Below are positions 10,701 to 21,444 of a stretch of 61,177 nt of DNA, in pieces. Within the stretch, counting starts at the first letter, position 1. The number at the start of each line of letters is the position of its first letter. The notes beneath the pieces are model-generated. The model did no database searches, had not been told where the DNA came from, and saw nothing but the letters and a program-made list of their open reading frames with translations. Source of the stretch: Catajapyx aquilonaris (lineage: Eukaryota); assembly GCA_000934665.2 (NCBI GenBank), contig JYFJ02000549.1, forward strand, positions 62,001 through 123,177, read 5' to 3'. The position numbers and the translations under genes are program-made.

Positions 10701-13700
10701 TTTATCAAATTTATTTCCATGCCAGTTTCCCGGTGAATCATGGTCTCCCGTCATTTTGGCGGCGATAGTACACCATGTGGGGAACTTGGTGGCATTAGGG
10801 TAGATATATCCGAAATCCTACTCTCGTCCGTTTCCGCCGAATATTGAGGGCTTGGGCAATATGTTGATAAGCTGTGCAAACTGAGCGGGTAAGATATGGT
10901 ATGAAAAATAATCCCCATCGTTAGGGTGAGGTAATGGATTTTGATGGCGTGTTATAGGAGCAATATCACACGCTTGTAAAGTCGATTTGATTAATTTATG
11001 CTCGGAAATGCCGCTCAATGTGGCTTGCCACTAATTTGTACGGGGGTCATTTAAAATGTTAATGAATGTAAACTCGGACCTAATTGGCTTAAGGAGGCCC
11101 ACCCAGATCGTTTACAAAACACGATTCGTTGGGTTGTAGCTTTCACTGGGTCGTCATTTTTGTTGTAAATTAAGACAAACAAACCCAACAACAACAAATT
11201 AGAGGGGCTTAGCGGTTCCACGTGCTCGGGCCTGCTGACACTCCCCTAAATATACCAAGCATAAGTTGAAGCTTCCATCTCTCGGGGAATGGGGATGGGG
11301 CCCCGGGGAGGGACAGAGAATTTGACTCCACTAATATTACTAACATTCCTACAGCACATGTCCACTTGCATGCTTTTCTAAGCCCTGTTTGGTCTGCCAG
11401 ACTTTGTGGGTCATAAAAACCTGACCCCTCCCTAGTGACCTATGGGCTAAGGAAGATATCACTAAATTGAACGCATTTAGATCGCGTCACCACTCGCAGT
11501 GTCCTTAGTAAGTGGAGCAGTCTTGGTGCATCAGACGTGCATGAGCAATAGTTCATTGGAATATTCCCAAGAAATTGAGGAGTAAGAGGGTTGGCGGAGG
11601 GTCACGTTACGCCTATTTAATGATCCTATAATGCCATGAACGTGGTCGTGCTGTGGCATTGAATTTAGCTTCATGAATGAATCATATAATGCTGTTAGGT
11701 GTGGCTTCAGTAGAAAACTGTGCAAAGGATCCATGTAAGAGGATGACCTCGTCGGTTCTGAATATCATTCGACAATCGGACCATGTAATGTTGCAGATGC
11801 AGCGCAAGCTAGTGATAAAAATGCCGTTAGATGTGCATTTTTTGGCTATAGTTTCGTGGGATCTGATTAGATTGACGGCTATAGGGTAATGCTATTAGCG
11901 AAAGGCGTGCAAATCTAGAGGAAAGGAAACCACGCCTACCACTTCCGGCGGAATTTTAAATCAGCCCGCGCTGTAATTAAATAAAGGCGTTGTAGATGAG
12001 GTCTGGATTGCTAATTTAGTGTGCGACTGCAACGCAAGTGGAAAGCCATTGGATGTATGCCCTTGATTTTAGACCAAGGACTGACGACGAGGTGATTGTG
12101 AGTCGGCTGGACCAGCCCCGCGTTTTGCAGAGAAATTGAGCGAATTTTTACAGCAGTGCAATGGTTGAAATCGCATGTGAGCACAAGATTGAACATTTGC
12201 CTAACACAACAATGGCTTTAACAATCGGGGGGGGGGGAGTTTATGGATTACTGCAACCAGTTAAAACTACAATCAGGCAATGTTGATATGTTATTATACA
12301 TTATGTCATGTAATGTTAATATGGTTCCATAACAAGGGAAACCCGAGTAGATAATGTGACTCTTGCTTTTATGGTGTGGCAAAATGCTGCACATTTTGTA
12401 AGCTTGAGGTTCAGAGAAGGAAGATATCCATTTCTTCCTTACGGGAAAAGTGGTGCACTGATTAGCGCCTATCGCAGCTTAGAAGCTTGATATCACTTGA
12501 TTTCGTAAGAGCCTCAATATTTCAAGTAAATTATTGTTTTAGAGAGAGACACTGGCATTAGTTTATTGTTCTGTATAATTTCTCATTTCGGAGTGATGCA
12601 TTAATTACCTTTGGTCCTAGGTGCAGTTATTACAGCAGCAGGTGACTGCCTTGGCAGAGAATCAGAACAACTCAGATGACCGCTATAATCGAGTGAAGCA
12701 AGAGAATGCTGCTCTCACAGCAAGGTGAAGAAAATTAAATTATCTTTTAAAGCTTGGATCATTGTTATTAGAGATGTCTTGGTAATTTCCATGGACTTCT
12801 GCACAATGAACATGAGCATAATTAGTGGACTGTTCAGTAATGCCAAATTGATTGCAAGATGTCATTTTAACAAACCTAGAGTTGACATACCATTATAGCT
12901 CATTAAATTGCTCATTTCCATTCTGTAAAATCTGGAAGTCTAAAGCAGTACCGCTGATACATGTATTCTGACAGACACCTCCATTATAGGATCCATATGT
13001 TGGAGGAGCAGTTGCGGGAAGTGGAGCAGCGTGCTGAAGAAAGACTGCAGGAGGAGCAGCGTAGACACCGGGAGCTGATGACTCGAGTAGAAAGAGAGAA
13101 ACAGCTTGAAATAGAGAATTATGCTTTCAGGTAACTTGTGCTTATTAAAGCTGATACCAGCAGGTAGCTTGTGCATACCAAGTGGTGTTATTTTCGCTCC
13201 ATTTTTATTGTCACTTTAATGCATCACTACTGTATTCTAGGCTACAGTCAATGGAGAAAGAGCATTCAAGGTTGACAGAAGAAGCATCTCGACTGCGCTT
13301 CCAGTTGGAGAAGAGTCGCGAAGAGAAAGCTTTGATAGGAGAGCAGCTGACTGAATCTGAGTCATCCCTCTCAGCATTACATGAAGAGCATCACAAACTG
13401 CAGGAACTAAGCAGGAGAGAGAAAGAAGGGTTTGACGAGGAACGAGTAGCCAACGTACGATTGCTGGGTGACCTCACTCAAGAAGTAGATGGACTACGTA
13501 GGCTGCAGGAGGAAGGGAAAAATAATTTTGCCCGAGCCAGGTCACCTAGTGTGTCTGAGAGCACTGCCATAATACAAGAATTGGAGAGGGAGGTGCAGAA
13601 TTTAAGAGAAGAAACGAGGGGTGAGAAACCAAGGCATTTAGTTGAATGGGCACATAAACAAGCTGTGTGCTAGTGAGGGTGTGGCATACCATAAGCATGT

Positions 13701-16470
13701 CACTGAAAGGCTAATTTGTGTTTTAGGATTGAAAGAAGCAAATGAGGAGCTTCAGGCACAACTCCTAAATCATGGGCTTGAAGAAGGACGTCACCTCCTC
13801 ACTGGGGCAGCAGCAAATAATAGCTTGGCTGCTGAATTTGAAGCCATGACCCATGAGCAGGTATGTAATGACATTTGGACAACATAGTTTTGTTGTAGCT
13901 CTTGACACTCTGGCTCACGCAATTTGGCCTCAAAGTCTCATTTATATAGACTATGCAAACTGATTAGGGTGGACATGTGTTAGAATGTTGCTAAAAATAT
14001 CAGTACAGTGTCACATGAAATATAAGATCATTACCTACTTCATGATTTTGGAAAAGCCATGAAACATCTAAACTACTGATGATAATACCAGCTTACACTA
14101 TTATTTCCCAAGTCACCCTATCTCCTACTGCATGTCCAAATAATCACAAATGCTGCAGTGTACTTGTGTTTTGGGGAGGAAAATCAAAGCCACCATGGTG
14201 CCTGCACAAAATTTAAGACCATGCATTTCCCAGGCTTTTGCACCACAAAATGTCCCTGTGATGTAGTACCATCCAGAACCATTGAGCGGTAACATACCAT
14301 CGGCATGGAAATGATCTGGACACTTGGAGGTAGGCTGACCATTGACAAGTGTGCAGACCATTTCCTTGTCAGTAGTATGTTACCTGTACAGTAGGTGACA
14401 GAATTCATCTTCCCACCAAAATCTTGAGCATCATGCTGGGCGTGCTTCATATCTTAAGTAACACATGAGTTGGCAATCCGTGGGTCCAGTTTGTTGTGGC
14501 AGGTTAAAAAAAGGCCCCTTTGCTGTAATATATGTTTGAGTACAGTACAACATTGTTCTTGCAGCATAAAGAATTTTGTCAAATAAGGTTTACAAGACAG
14601 CATCATTTAGATTTTAGATTATCACTGGATAAAGTGAGCCTCACTCAGGTGGAAATGATTCCCAAAATACCCATATCCAGCCGACACCCATAATATCAAA
14701 TTCACCTGACCACAGACCTTCGCAAGAGAGACCTGAAGAGTATGTCACTATGGCGCACTCCTTTTCTGACTGTTCCTACATTTAAAATTCCTCTCATCAG
14801 CAGGCTTGACCTGGAGGAAGGGTTGCAGACAGATGGGGGGTCAGTGGGCATGGCTGTCTGTAGCATATTCCTCAACTGAGAAGGATTTTAATTCAGAGCT
14901 GGTTCAGCAGAGGTATGAGTCTTTGGGAAAGTTCGTTGGGTCCCCCATGCTGTGGTTGTGGTCAGTGGGGTTAGGTGAACTTGGTGATTATTGGTGTCTG
15001 CTGGATACAAGCATGTCTCACTTTCAGTTTGGGATAAGTTCCAACTGAATGAAGTCCACTTGACTCAGTGACACAACCTAAATCAGAGAAATATGTGGGA
15101 TGCTGCTGCCTTTTAAACCGATTTGCCTGAGGTCCAGCAATATCTTGCACTTCCTGCAGCATAATGCTATATGAACAGTGTTGTATAGTACTCTCACGCT
15201 TTACTACAGCCAGAGGACCGGTTCTTACCTGCCACAACAAATGGGATACACAGCTTGTCAAATAATGTCTTATTTAGAATGGTGCTGTTTGGTGAGGTAC
15301 AGTACTGTATAAAGCTATTTTTTCCACTAGTGTACTTCACTTGACTGGCAATGGCCTTTGATAATAATTTCACATCACAGGAACATTTCAATGGAGCCAA
15401 TATCTTAAATTTATACCCACTGTGGTGACCTCAACTTCCTTTCCTTTCCTTTCCCCCCCCCCTTCCCCCCCCCCTATTATTATTATTATTTTTTAGCAAA
15501 ACAGACATGCTGCAGTATTTGTATTTGTATTTGGGGGGACATGTGGTAGGAGATTTGATGACTGGAATTTATAGTTTAAGTTGGCATTTTCATGGGAAGT
15601 CGAGATTTTTTTACCCCCTATCAGAGAATTCTTATGAAATAGGTAGTGGTCTTCAACTTTTATGCAGCCCTGTATGTATCCTCTAGAGACCCAATGTATA
15701 GTATGCTATACATCCGGTCTGCATTTTTTTAACCTCAGAAAAAATACTCAGAAAAAATGCAGACCGGCTGTATAGCATACTATGCATTGGGTCTCTAGAG
15801 GGTATACGTAAGGGGATGGTGTCAGAGAATGGGGGATCAAACTTGAGCTGCGCCTGACCATGTGTGGACAAACAACATCATACAGGAAAATTTGTTTGAC
15901 AAATTTATCTGAAATCAGTAAGAGATATTTTCTGCAGATAAAGTTACTTGGTTGGTCTAAGCTTGGTTGATCCAGTTGATGTGCGAATGACACTTTGAGC
16001 CATCTCTCTTCAGTAATCTCCATTGATAAAAATTTCAAATCCATCACAAGTTTCCCTTGTCAGCTGCAGGATTTAGTGGGTTTCTTGCATGGTCTTCATG
16101 TAGACGCTCATTTTCTTGGATTCTGTAGTGTTGTTTTGTCCCTACAGAGCTTGGCAAAGGCAGAAGACAGGGTGACACTTGCTCAGGTAGGTTTGAAAGG
16201 CACTCGAGTGATTTAGGAAAGAAAGGATTTCATAAATGACACAAGACATCAGAGTAATGCATGACTGGCAATGTGAGGCATGATATGGGCCATGGGTGGT
16301 GATGTTTATATATAGCAGGTGAATTAAATTATCTTCCTACTTCATAGGTGAAAAGTGCCCTGAAAGAACAGCAAGAAGTGAATGCCCAGCTACGAGCATA
16401 CATCGATGGCATACTGCTCAATATTGTTGAAAACCATCCCCAGCTGCTTGAAGTGAAGCGGAAAAAATAG
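1689..16470 (+). CDS. nuf: Rab11 family-interacting protein 3/4 (nuclear fallout ortholog), 3' part; join(1689-1784,2189-2278,2780-2827,3555-3590,7279-7393,12621-12724,12990-13130,13241-13620,13727-13860,16348-16470), 5'-partial
   Basis: Manual splicing gives one continuous frame with all GT-AG introns and matching phases: [93 protein letters not shown]..coiled coil..[54 protein letters not shown]. The C-terminal LRxYIDxILxxIVExxPxLLEV is the FIP Rab11-binding domain. Confidence 0.95.
2189..2278 (+). CDS. nuf: Rab11-FIP3/4 exon (90 nt, phase 2-2): [29 protein letters not shown]
   Basis: Acceptor tgtttcag, donor gtcagc; WLRTSLRR motif recalled from arthropod Nuf proteins; frame continuous with neighbouring exons. 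Confidence 0.85.
2780..2827 (+). CDS. nuf: Rab11-FIP3/4 microexon (48 nt, phase 2-2): [15 protein letters not shown]
   Basis: Acceptor ctttccaattggcag, donor gtaagc; RRWGSFR motif; frame preserved. Confidence 0.85.
2910..3086 (-). mobile_element. Probable decayed hAT transposase fragment
   Basis: Minus-strand peptide [40 protein letters not shown] resembles the W..S....T......VLD..FW..L......P segment of hAT transposases; recognised by eye only. Confidence 0.35.
3555..3590 (+). CDS. nuf: Rab11-FIP3/4 microexon (36 nt, phase 2-2): [12 protein letters not shown]
   Basis: Long pyrimidine tract ending cttgtctttcag, donor gtcagt; joins the next exon to give SNALASQLYRS. Confidence 0.85.
7121..7195 (+). 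pseudogene. tRNA-like cloverleaf (tRNA pseudogene or solo SINE head) with elongated anticodon arm
   Basis: Acceptor gcccctg/cggggga (6/7 pairs), D arm gctt/gagc with A-box tagcttagtgg, T arm ccagg-ttcgatt-cctgg, anticodon arm tgcactcc-ttcac-ggggtgta. Confidence 0.65.
7279..7393 (+). CDS. nuf: Rab11-FIP3/4 exon (115 nt): [38 protein letters not shown]
   Basis: Acceptor gaatacag, donor gtgggt; GC3-rich codons; [17 protein letters not shown] motif of Nuf-type proteins. Confidence 0.92.
10351..10560 (+). CDS. Candidate alternative first coding exon of the Rab11-FIP3/4 gene (70 codons, [18 protein letters not shown]...CGDVMSK)
   Basis: In-frame TGA 9 nt upstream of the ATG, GC-rich leader, strong donor aaa|gtgagt at 10561 in phase 0 matching the phase-0 acceptor at 12621. 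Confidence 0.6.
12621..12724 (+). CDS. nuf: Rab11-FIP3/4 exon (104 nt): [35 protein letters not shown]
   Basis: Acceptor ttggtcctag, donor gtgaag; start of the coiled coil with the KQEN motif of FIP3/4. Confidence 0.93.
12990..13130 (+). CDS. nuf: Rab11-FIP3/4 exon (141 nt): [47 protein letters not shown]
   Basis: Acceptor ccattatag, donor gtaact; [17 protein letters not shown] coiled coil typical of FIP3/4. Confidence 0.95.
13241..13620 (+). CDS. nuf: Rab11-FIP3/4 exon (380 nt), coiled coil [11 protein letters not shown]...[14 protein letters not shown]
   Basis: Acceptor tgtattctag, donor gtgaga at 13621; lies inside ORF 13182-13673. Confidence 0.93.
13727..13860 (+). CDS. nuf: Rab11-FIP3/4 exon (134 nt): [44 protein letters not shown]
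   Basis: Branch point ctaat plus acceptor gtgttttag, donor gtatgt; NEELQAQLL and SLAAE motifs of FIP3/4. Confidence 0.95.
14473..15258. repeat. Diverged inverted repeat pair (about 95-bp arms at 14473-14567 and 15164-15258), possibly an old DNA transposon
   Basis: tttgttgtggcaggt..gctgtaata..gagtacagtacaacattgttc..agcat aligns with the reverse complement of atgct..gaacagtgttgtatagtactc..tactacagc..acctgccacaacaaa. Confidence 0.65.
15679..15802. mobile_element. Palindromic MITE (about 50-bp TIRs, TA flanks; Tc1/mariner-type)
   Basis: cctctagagacccaatgtatagtatgctatacatccggtctgcatttttt versus aaaaaatgcagaccggctgtatagcatactatgcattgggtctctagagg; flanked by TA. Confidence 0.8.
16348..16470 (+). 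CDS. nuf: Rab11-FIP3/4 terminal exon, Rab11-binding domain: [40 protein letters not shown]
   Basis: Acceptor cttcctacttcatag; FIP-RBD signature; TAG at 16468-16470. Confidence 0.96.
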   Translation: MKSALKEQQEVNAQLRAYIDGILLNIVENHPQLLEVKRKK

Positions 16471-16928
16471 AGGACATGCTGTGGTGCTCATGGGTCTTGA
16501 CCCGTAATTGATGCCTTAATTTTTTCATTTTTCCTCAAGCCGTCTACTATTTGTCTTTGTTGAAAAAGACGGTAGATGTTGAAAACTTCAAGCAGTTTCT
16601 CATTCATAAGGAAAGACCAGTATACTAATTTTCAGGCCTAAGTTCCTGCTTGTCATAGATCTGTGCATGACTGCGATACTGCTGTTAATATTATGCCCAA
16701 GCAGCTGTGATATCAATGTTGTACAGTGTATTCTTGGTAGCAGTGATGAACCATGTTATGCCGCGATCAATTTTGAGTTGCTGCCAATGTAAATCAGCAT
16801 AAGTTTGTTGGACACCCAAATTTATCGTGGCTTCAAAGATCTGTTTTTTATTAAGGTGTTCAAGTTGACGTGTACCTTCTCACGCTGGTGTGATGAGCAA
16901 TTTTAAGAAATTCTGTCCTTAACTGTCA

Positions 16929-16934
16929 AATAAA
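16929..16934 (+). terminator. Candidate polyadenylation signal AATAAA of the Rab11-FIP3/4 gene (further ATTAAA at 17200 and 17352)
   Basis: Hexamer about 460 nt after the stop codon, followed by T/GT-rich sequence. Confidence 0.4.
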
Positions 16935-17604
16935 TTCTTGTAATGTTTTCAATTTGAGATGTTTTTCATATTGAACAGTGAATGAGGTGCAGTAACATGT
17001 TTCCTGTTGCACTTGCATTTAGCAATCTACAATGACTATACATGTGGGGACAACATTGCGCTTTTTTTTTGTACATGCAGTACAAAGCGAATAAGAATAC
17101 GCAAGAACTGGTGCACCTGACCTTTGACATGTCTAGTGGGACAGAAACACCTTGTTATTTTGTATGATGTTGACCTGTACAGATCAAACAGTTGGACTAA
17201 TTAAATACTTTCAAGAGTCAAACTTTATATTTTTTACTGTGGTTGTAGTCTGCTCTTCTGTTGGACTAAATTGCAAAGTGTAAACAAAACATGAAGGCAA
17301 CCTGACTTTTTGTCATGTCATGTATTACCACTACAATATTATTATCCTTGCATTAAATAAGGCTATGCTGGGTAATGAATGGGTAATGTAGTTCAGGAGC
17401 AATGGATGATGATCAGGATGTCAGTGGAAGATGATTACCTGTAGCAGGAGGGGCACAGTGCGACAGTGAAGTGGTGAAAAGCTGCTGAAAATAGTAACCT
17501 GAAGGTTTTACAAGCAACTGAGAAACGCAGTAGTGTATTTTTAGGCTGTGATGCATATGTCCTACAGTAGAAGACTCAACATGTACTGTAATGTACATTG
17601 GGTA

Positions 17605-17747
17605 CTGTCGGGTTCAATTAGTTCCGGCCACTATATCCAGGTCTTGAAGCAACCCTTTGCACAGGCCCCCACGGTGAGGAGGTGTGTGTGTGTGAAGGGT
17701 TGCTTCAAGACCAGGATAAAGTGGCCGGAACTAATTGAACCCAATAG
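17605..17747. mobile_element. Palindromic MITE (about 58-bp TIRs, TA target duplication; Tc1/mariner-type)
   Basis: ta|ctgtcgggttcaattagttccggccactatatccaggtcttgaagcaaccctt ... aagggttgcttcaagaccaggataaagtggccggaactaattgaacccaatag|ta. Confidence 0.85.
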
Positions 17748-18018
17748 TACATACAACATGGGTGCATTCCTAAGAGCGACACGGTGGCGGAGTGGTTAGC
17801 GCCACAGCCTTCCACCTCTGAGGTCCCGTGTTCGATCCCTGGGTTGGACAGAGTAGACTTATGTGGATAGAGTTTCGATGGGTTTTCTCCATGTTCATGT
17901 GGGTTTTCTCAGGGTTCTCCTGTTTCCTCCCACAATCAAAATCCATCACAGCGCAGGCAATGATTAAAGATGGTTCACGAAAACATGATCCCCTAAGAGG
18001 CCCAAGGAGGCCTATCAC

Positions 18019-18025
18019 ATTATTA

Positions 18026-18080
<55 letters not shown>
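18019..18080 (+). repeat. (ATT)n microsatellite, first half of the SINE tail
   Basis: Direct inspection. Confidence 0.95.
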
Positions 18081-18082
<2 letters not shown>

Positions 18083-18083
18083 A

Positions 18084-18409
18084 TAGTGGAGCATTGATTA
18101 TCCTAACACTGATCAACAGAGCCATCAGTTAACCGAACGTTTTCTGGTCGGCCACAACCAAAAGCCTCCCAAAAAAACTACAAAAACGCCTTTTCCCCCC
18201 CTAAACTGCAGGACTACTTCATGTATAGGTAAGGTACATGTACAGTATTTTTAAGACGTGCCTGTGACAGAAAATATACAGTTTTGTGGTTAATATCACT
18301 GTTTCATAATGCTCCTATAACACCGCACCGGTACAATTTCCCCCCGTAAATGATCAGTTATCCGAACACTCCCTTGGCAGACTCTGTTCGGATAATCGAT
18401 GCTCCACTG
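18084..18409. mobile_element. pogo/Tigger-like MITE inserted in the SINE (ATT)n tail
   Basis: 25-bp TIRs tagtggagcattgattatcctaaca / tgttcggataatcgatgctccactg (3 mismatches), TA after the right end, internal repeats atcagtta(a/t)ccgaac. Confidence 0.85.
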
Positions 18410-18410
18410 T

Positions 18411-18420
18411 ATTATTATTA

Positions 18421-18475
<55 letters not shown>
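18411..18475 (+). repeat. (ATT)n microsatellite, second half of the SINE tail
   Basis: Direct inspection; immediately followed by the second TSD copy. Confidence 0.95.
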
Positions 18476-18476
<1 letters not shown>

Positions 18477-18829
18477 AACATGGGTGCATTCCTAAACTCC
18501 AGTTACTCAGAGTCTCAACAAATAATTTATGAACCCACTGATGAGGCTCTTGCTTTGTCGTCAAGATGGCTTCGACCAATGAGTGGAGTAAAACCTGGGT
18601 CAAAGGAGGTCAAACTGGGACCAAAGGAGTTAAGAGCCATTAATATAGACACTTATCACTGCCCATTGCAAGCTTCTCACATAGTCAAATTGTCAAACAT
18701 AAATAGAGAAATTATTGGTTGTCAAAGAACTATTTTATTTTAGTAATTATTGGGTAGTGATTTTACTGTACTGGTCTTGCACTTGAACCTTTATTTTGTA
18801 ACCTCATATACCGCTGCTGTAACTTACAG

Positions 18830-19045
18830 AAGTCTAAGGGAGGGCACTCCAGGGTAGTTATTGAGGACCATATTCACACCATTCTCTTGTCCCTGGGCAA
18901 AGAAGGGAGTGCTAATCTGTCTAGGCATGTTGGGTGAAAAGCTGGAAATGACCCAACCAAGTGAAGGCAATGGGGATGGGATTTGAACCCTGGACTTGGT
19001 TGGCCAGTAGTGTAGCCTCCTAGACCACTGCGCACCCCAAGCCCC
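18830..19045 (-). mobile_element. Degenerate tRNA-derived SINE (second family); 3' boundary approximate
   Basis: Minus strand begins ggggcttggggtgcgcagtggtctag (A-box-like) and has gggttcaaatccc (B-box). Confidence 0.55.
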
Positions 19046-20392
19046 ATTCGCACAATTGGAATGTTGCATTATCATCCAGTCATCTTGAATCCTTATCCTC
19101 GCCCAATTATCTCGGTAACTATGCTTCGGAGACCCATGTTGCTTATACTCAAAGTGATTGCCTAGGAGCTAGGACCCCTCTATGCTCTATCATTTCCCAA
19201 AGTGACGGTAGATTGATCTGAACGCTGTGTATGCTTCATTAAGAACAGGCCTTTACTGTTTTACTAGCAATTATGGGTGTCTACATGTGCTACCATTCCC
19301 TAGCACTTAGGAAGGCAGTATTCGTGGGATGGTGGCAGTATTACAGCATGATTCTCCATGATGATTTAACGTGCAAGTTTCTGAATTAGTGGATTCATAT
19401 GTAGGAGAATCACAAACTGCCATGTGAAAGTATTAATGCTTTGCTTTGCCTTTTTAAATCATTTATTTTGACCATATAGGCCTAGTTTTACAAGCTCCAG
19501 AAGATACGGACATTGATTTAGGATGTCTCAGGATGGTAGATGACTAGATGTGTGGATATTGCCAACAGCAGCAGAACATCATTAGTCAAGGTGGGGGGAG
19601 GGGGTGGGGCAGGGAACACGTGTTAACTTTGATAGTCTTACTACGTTTCTCCCATAATAAGTTATGCAGGGACTCATGTAAGGCAGATAGGTCATGGTAA
19701 TTGGCAATATACAATCTTTCCTTTCCTCTTCCTCTTTCCTTCTTGCTATTCACATCCCAGAAGTCACCTTAGCTCTATATACCAGATGAAGTCTCACTTA
19801 CATTCATCTTTATGCTAGAGTTCCATCTACAAGGATTTTAAGTAATTTCTTGAGATATAATTTGATGACTATAAAAACATTTTCAATAAATTGCGGAAGA
19901 GTGGTACATAATGTAATGCTATGTGAGTGTAGTGAGCAAAAAAGCCAGTGCTATTGCTTTTTAGAAGAGTAGGGAAATCACCTAAAATAATGTGAAGAAA
20001 AGTAGCTGGTGACCTGTGGCATAGGCCTATTTGCCAAGGGTTTTCTAAAATGTTCTGTGTAGTGGCCATTTTATTGTATTCTGTTAAACTTGCAGGTCAG
20101 CACAGATCAGCACATACTCAATCAGGTAAAGTAGACTAGGTCTATACCTAGAGGTGCAAGTACGACTTTTCATTTTTAGCTGCAATATTATCCCATTTAC
20201 GTATATCTTTGCACATTGTGTAGACACTAAATTGCAATGCAGGGAAGCGTGTACAGTATGGTACCTTGCAATATTAGTGGCATATTTTGAAAACAAAGTT
20301 CAAAGCTCCTGCAATCATGGTAAATAGCAAATAATAATGTTCTTTGTGGAAACAAAGAGATTGAAGCTCACTGGTCTAAGCCTCAAACAGCT

Positions 20393-20629
20393 CAGCGGTT
20401 CCCAACCTGGGGGTCGCGAAGCCTTTTCGGGGGGTGTCGCGCATGGCCGCGGTAATTTTTATAAATTACACAAATTACTGTTTTTTTAAAAAAAAAATCT
20501 AACATTTTATAGGCAATTTCATCCCGATGATTTTTTCAACACCTACTAACACTCGGGGGGGGGGGGGGTCGCAGGTTACTTGACTATCATAAAATGGGGT
20601 CGCGACCCGAAAAAGGTTGGGAACCACTG
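20393..20629. mobile_element. hAT (Charlie-like) MITE
   Basis: TIRs cagcggttcccaacct / aggttgggaaccactg with subterminal ggggtcgcg repeats; flanking 8-mers only partly match (aaacagct/gtttagct). Confidence 0.8.
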
Positions 20630-20784
20630 GTTTAGCTGCAGCATCATTGCAGTATTGAAATATCAGTATCTCAGGGTGACGAGAAATCATGCCAATGAAA
20701 TGGGAGACCTAAAAAATAACACTTTTTACCGTTTTTAGTAGACACTAAAGATTACGCTTAATAATGCCCACAAAATCTAAATGG

Positions 20785-21122
20785 AGGGGCGATGGTAACG
20801 TATCGGCTTGCTGAGTGAAAGGTCCCAGGTTCGATCCCCGCCTGGGAGTTACCTTTCACCTGCGTCAGGAGGGTCTCTGACCCGCACCTTGGATGTGTCT
20901 GGCAACCTAACCTCCTGCATGGGGAACATCACATGACCCATTTGTCGGTCGGTATCACGCTTGCACCTACACGTTCCCTCCCCAACAATCCCTATCCTTA
21001 CCAATAATTGTCCTTGATTTTCCTGCACCTGTGTTCGAAGAAAATAGAAAATTCTAAGAAAAATTCGAATAGTGGTAACCCACCCCCCGTAAAAGGGCTC
21101 TGTCCCTCTAATAGGGTTTTAA
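20785..21122 (+). mobile_element. tRNA-derived SINE (third family), head partly truncated
   Basis: tcggcttgctgagtgaaaggtcccaggttcgatcccc B-box region shared with 24792-24874; 13-bp TSD aaaatctaaatgg at 20772-20784 and 21123-21135. Confidence 0.8.
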
Positions 21123-21412
21123 AAAATCTAAATGGGGGCAAAAAAGCTCTAATTTTCCAGAGCGCATATTGTCGATTGAATTCTTGAATTCCGCAAATAA
21201 AAATACCTAGATCCTAAAACCCATCATCTTCATGATGATTTGATTGCGACTTATCTCATCTTTATGAGTAGTCCATCATCAATTTGGACATTATTCCAGT
21301 AGATCCTTCCGGTCATTATATCCCTATTAAGGAAAATAAGATGCCATTCCCGAAAATCATGCATACGCAATTAAAGCATTTAACCAACGCTCAGCAGACC
21401 CCGACAGCGCGC

Positions 21413-21444
21413 GGGGGGGGGGGGGGGGGGNGGGGGGGGGGGGG
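21413..21444. repeat. Poly-G run containing an ambiguous base (n at 21431); possible assembly join
   Basis: Direct inspection. Confidence 0.9.

Larger units (their letters stand above)
17774..18476 (+). mobile_element. tRNA-derived SINE with V-type central domain and (ATT)n tail; tail interrupted by a MITE
   Basis: A-box tggcggagtgg, B-box gttcgatcc, core gtgggttttctcagggttctcctgtttcctcccaca, ATT tail; 19-bp TSD aacatgggtgcattcctaa at 17755-17773 and 18477-18495. Confidence 0.9.

Noticed and set aside
17828..18603. Poly-Ile and poly-Asn ORFs
   Set aside because: Translations of the (ATT)n SINE tail.
18531..18605. Hammerhead-like CTGATGAG...AAAAC..GTC
   Set aside because: The required GAAA is absent and the sequence after GTC cannot pair with the strand before CTGATGA.
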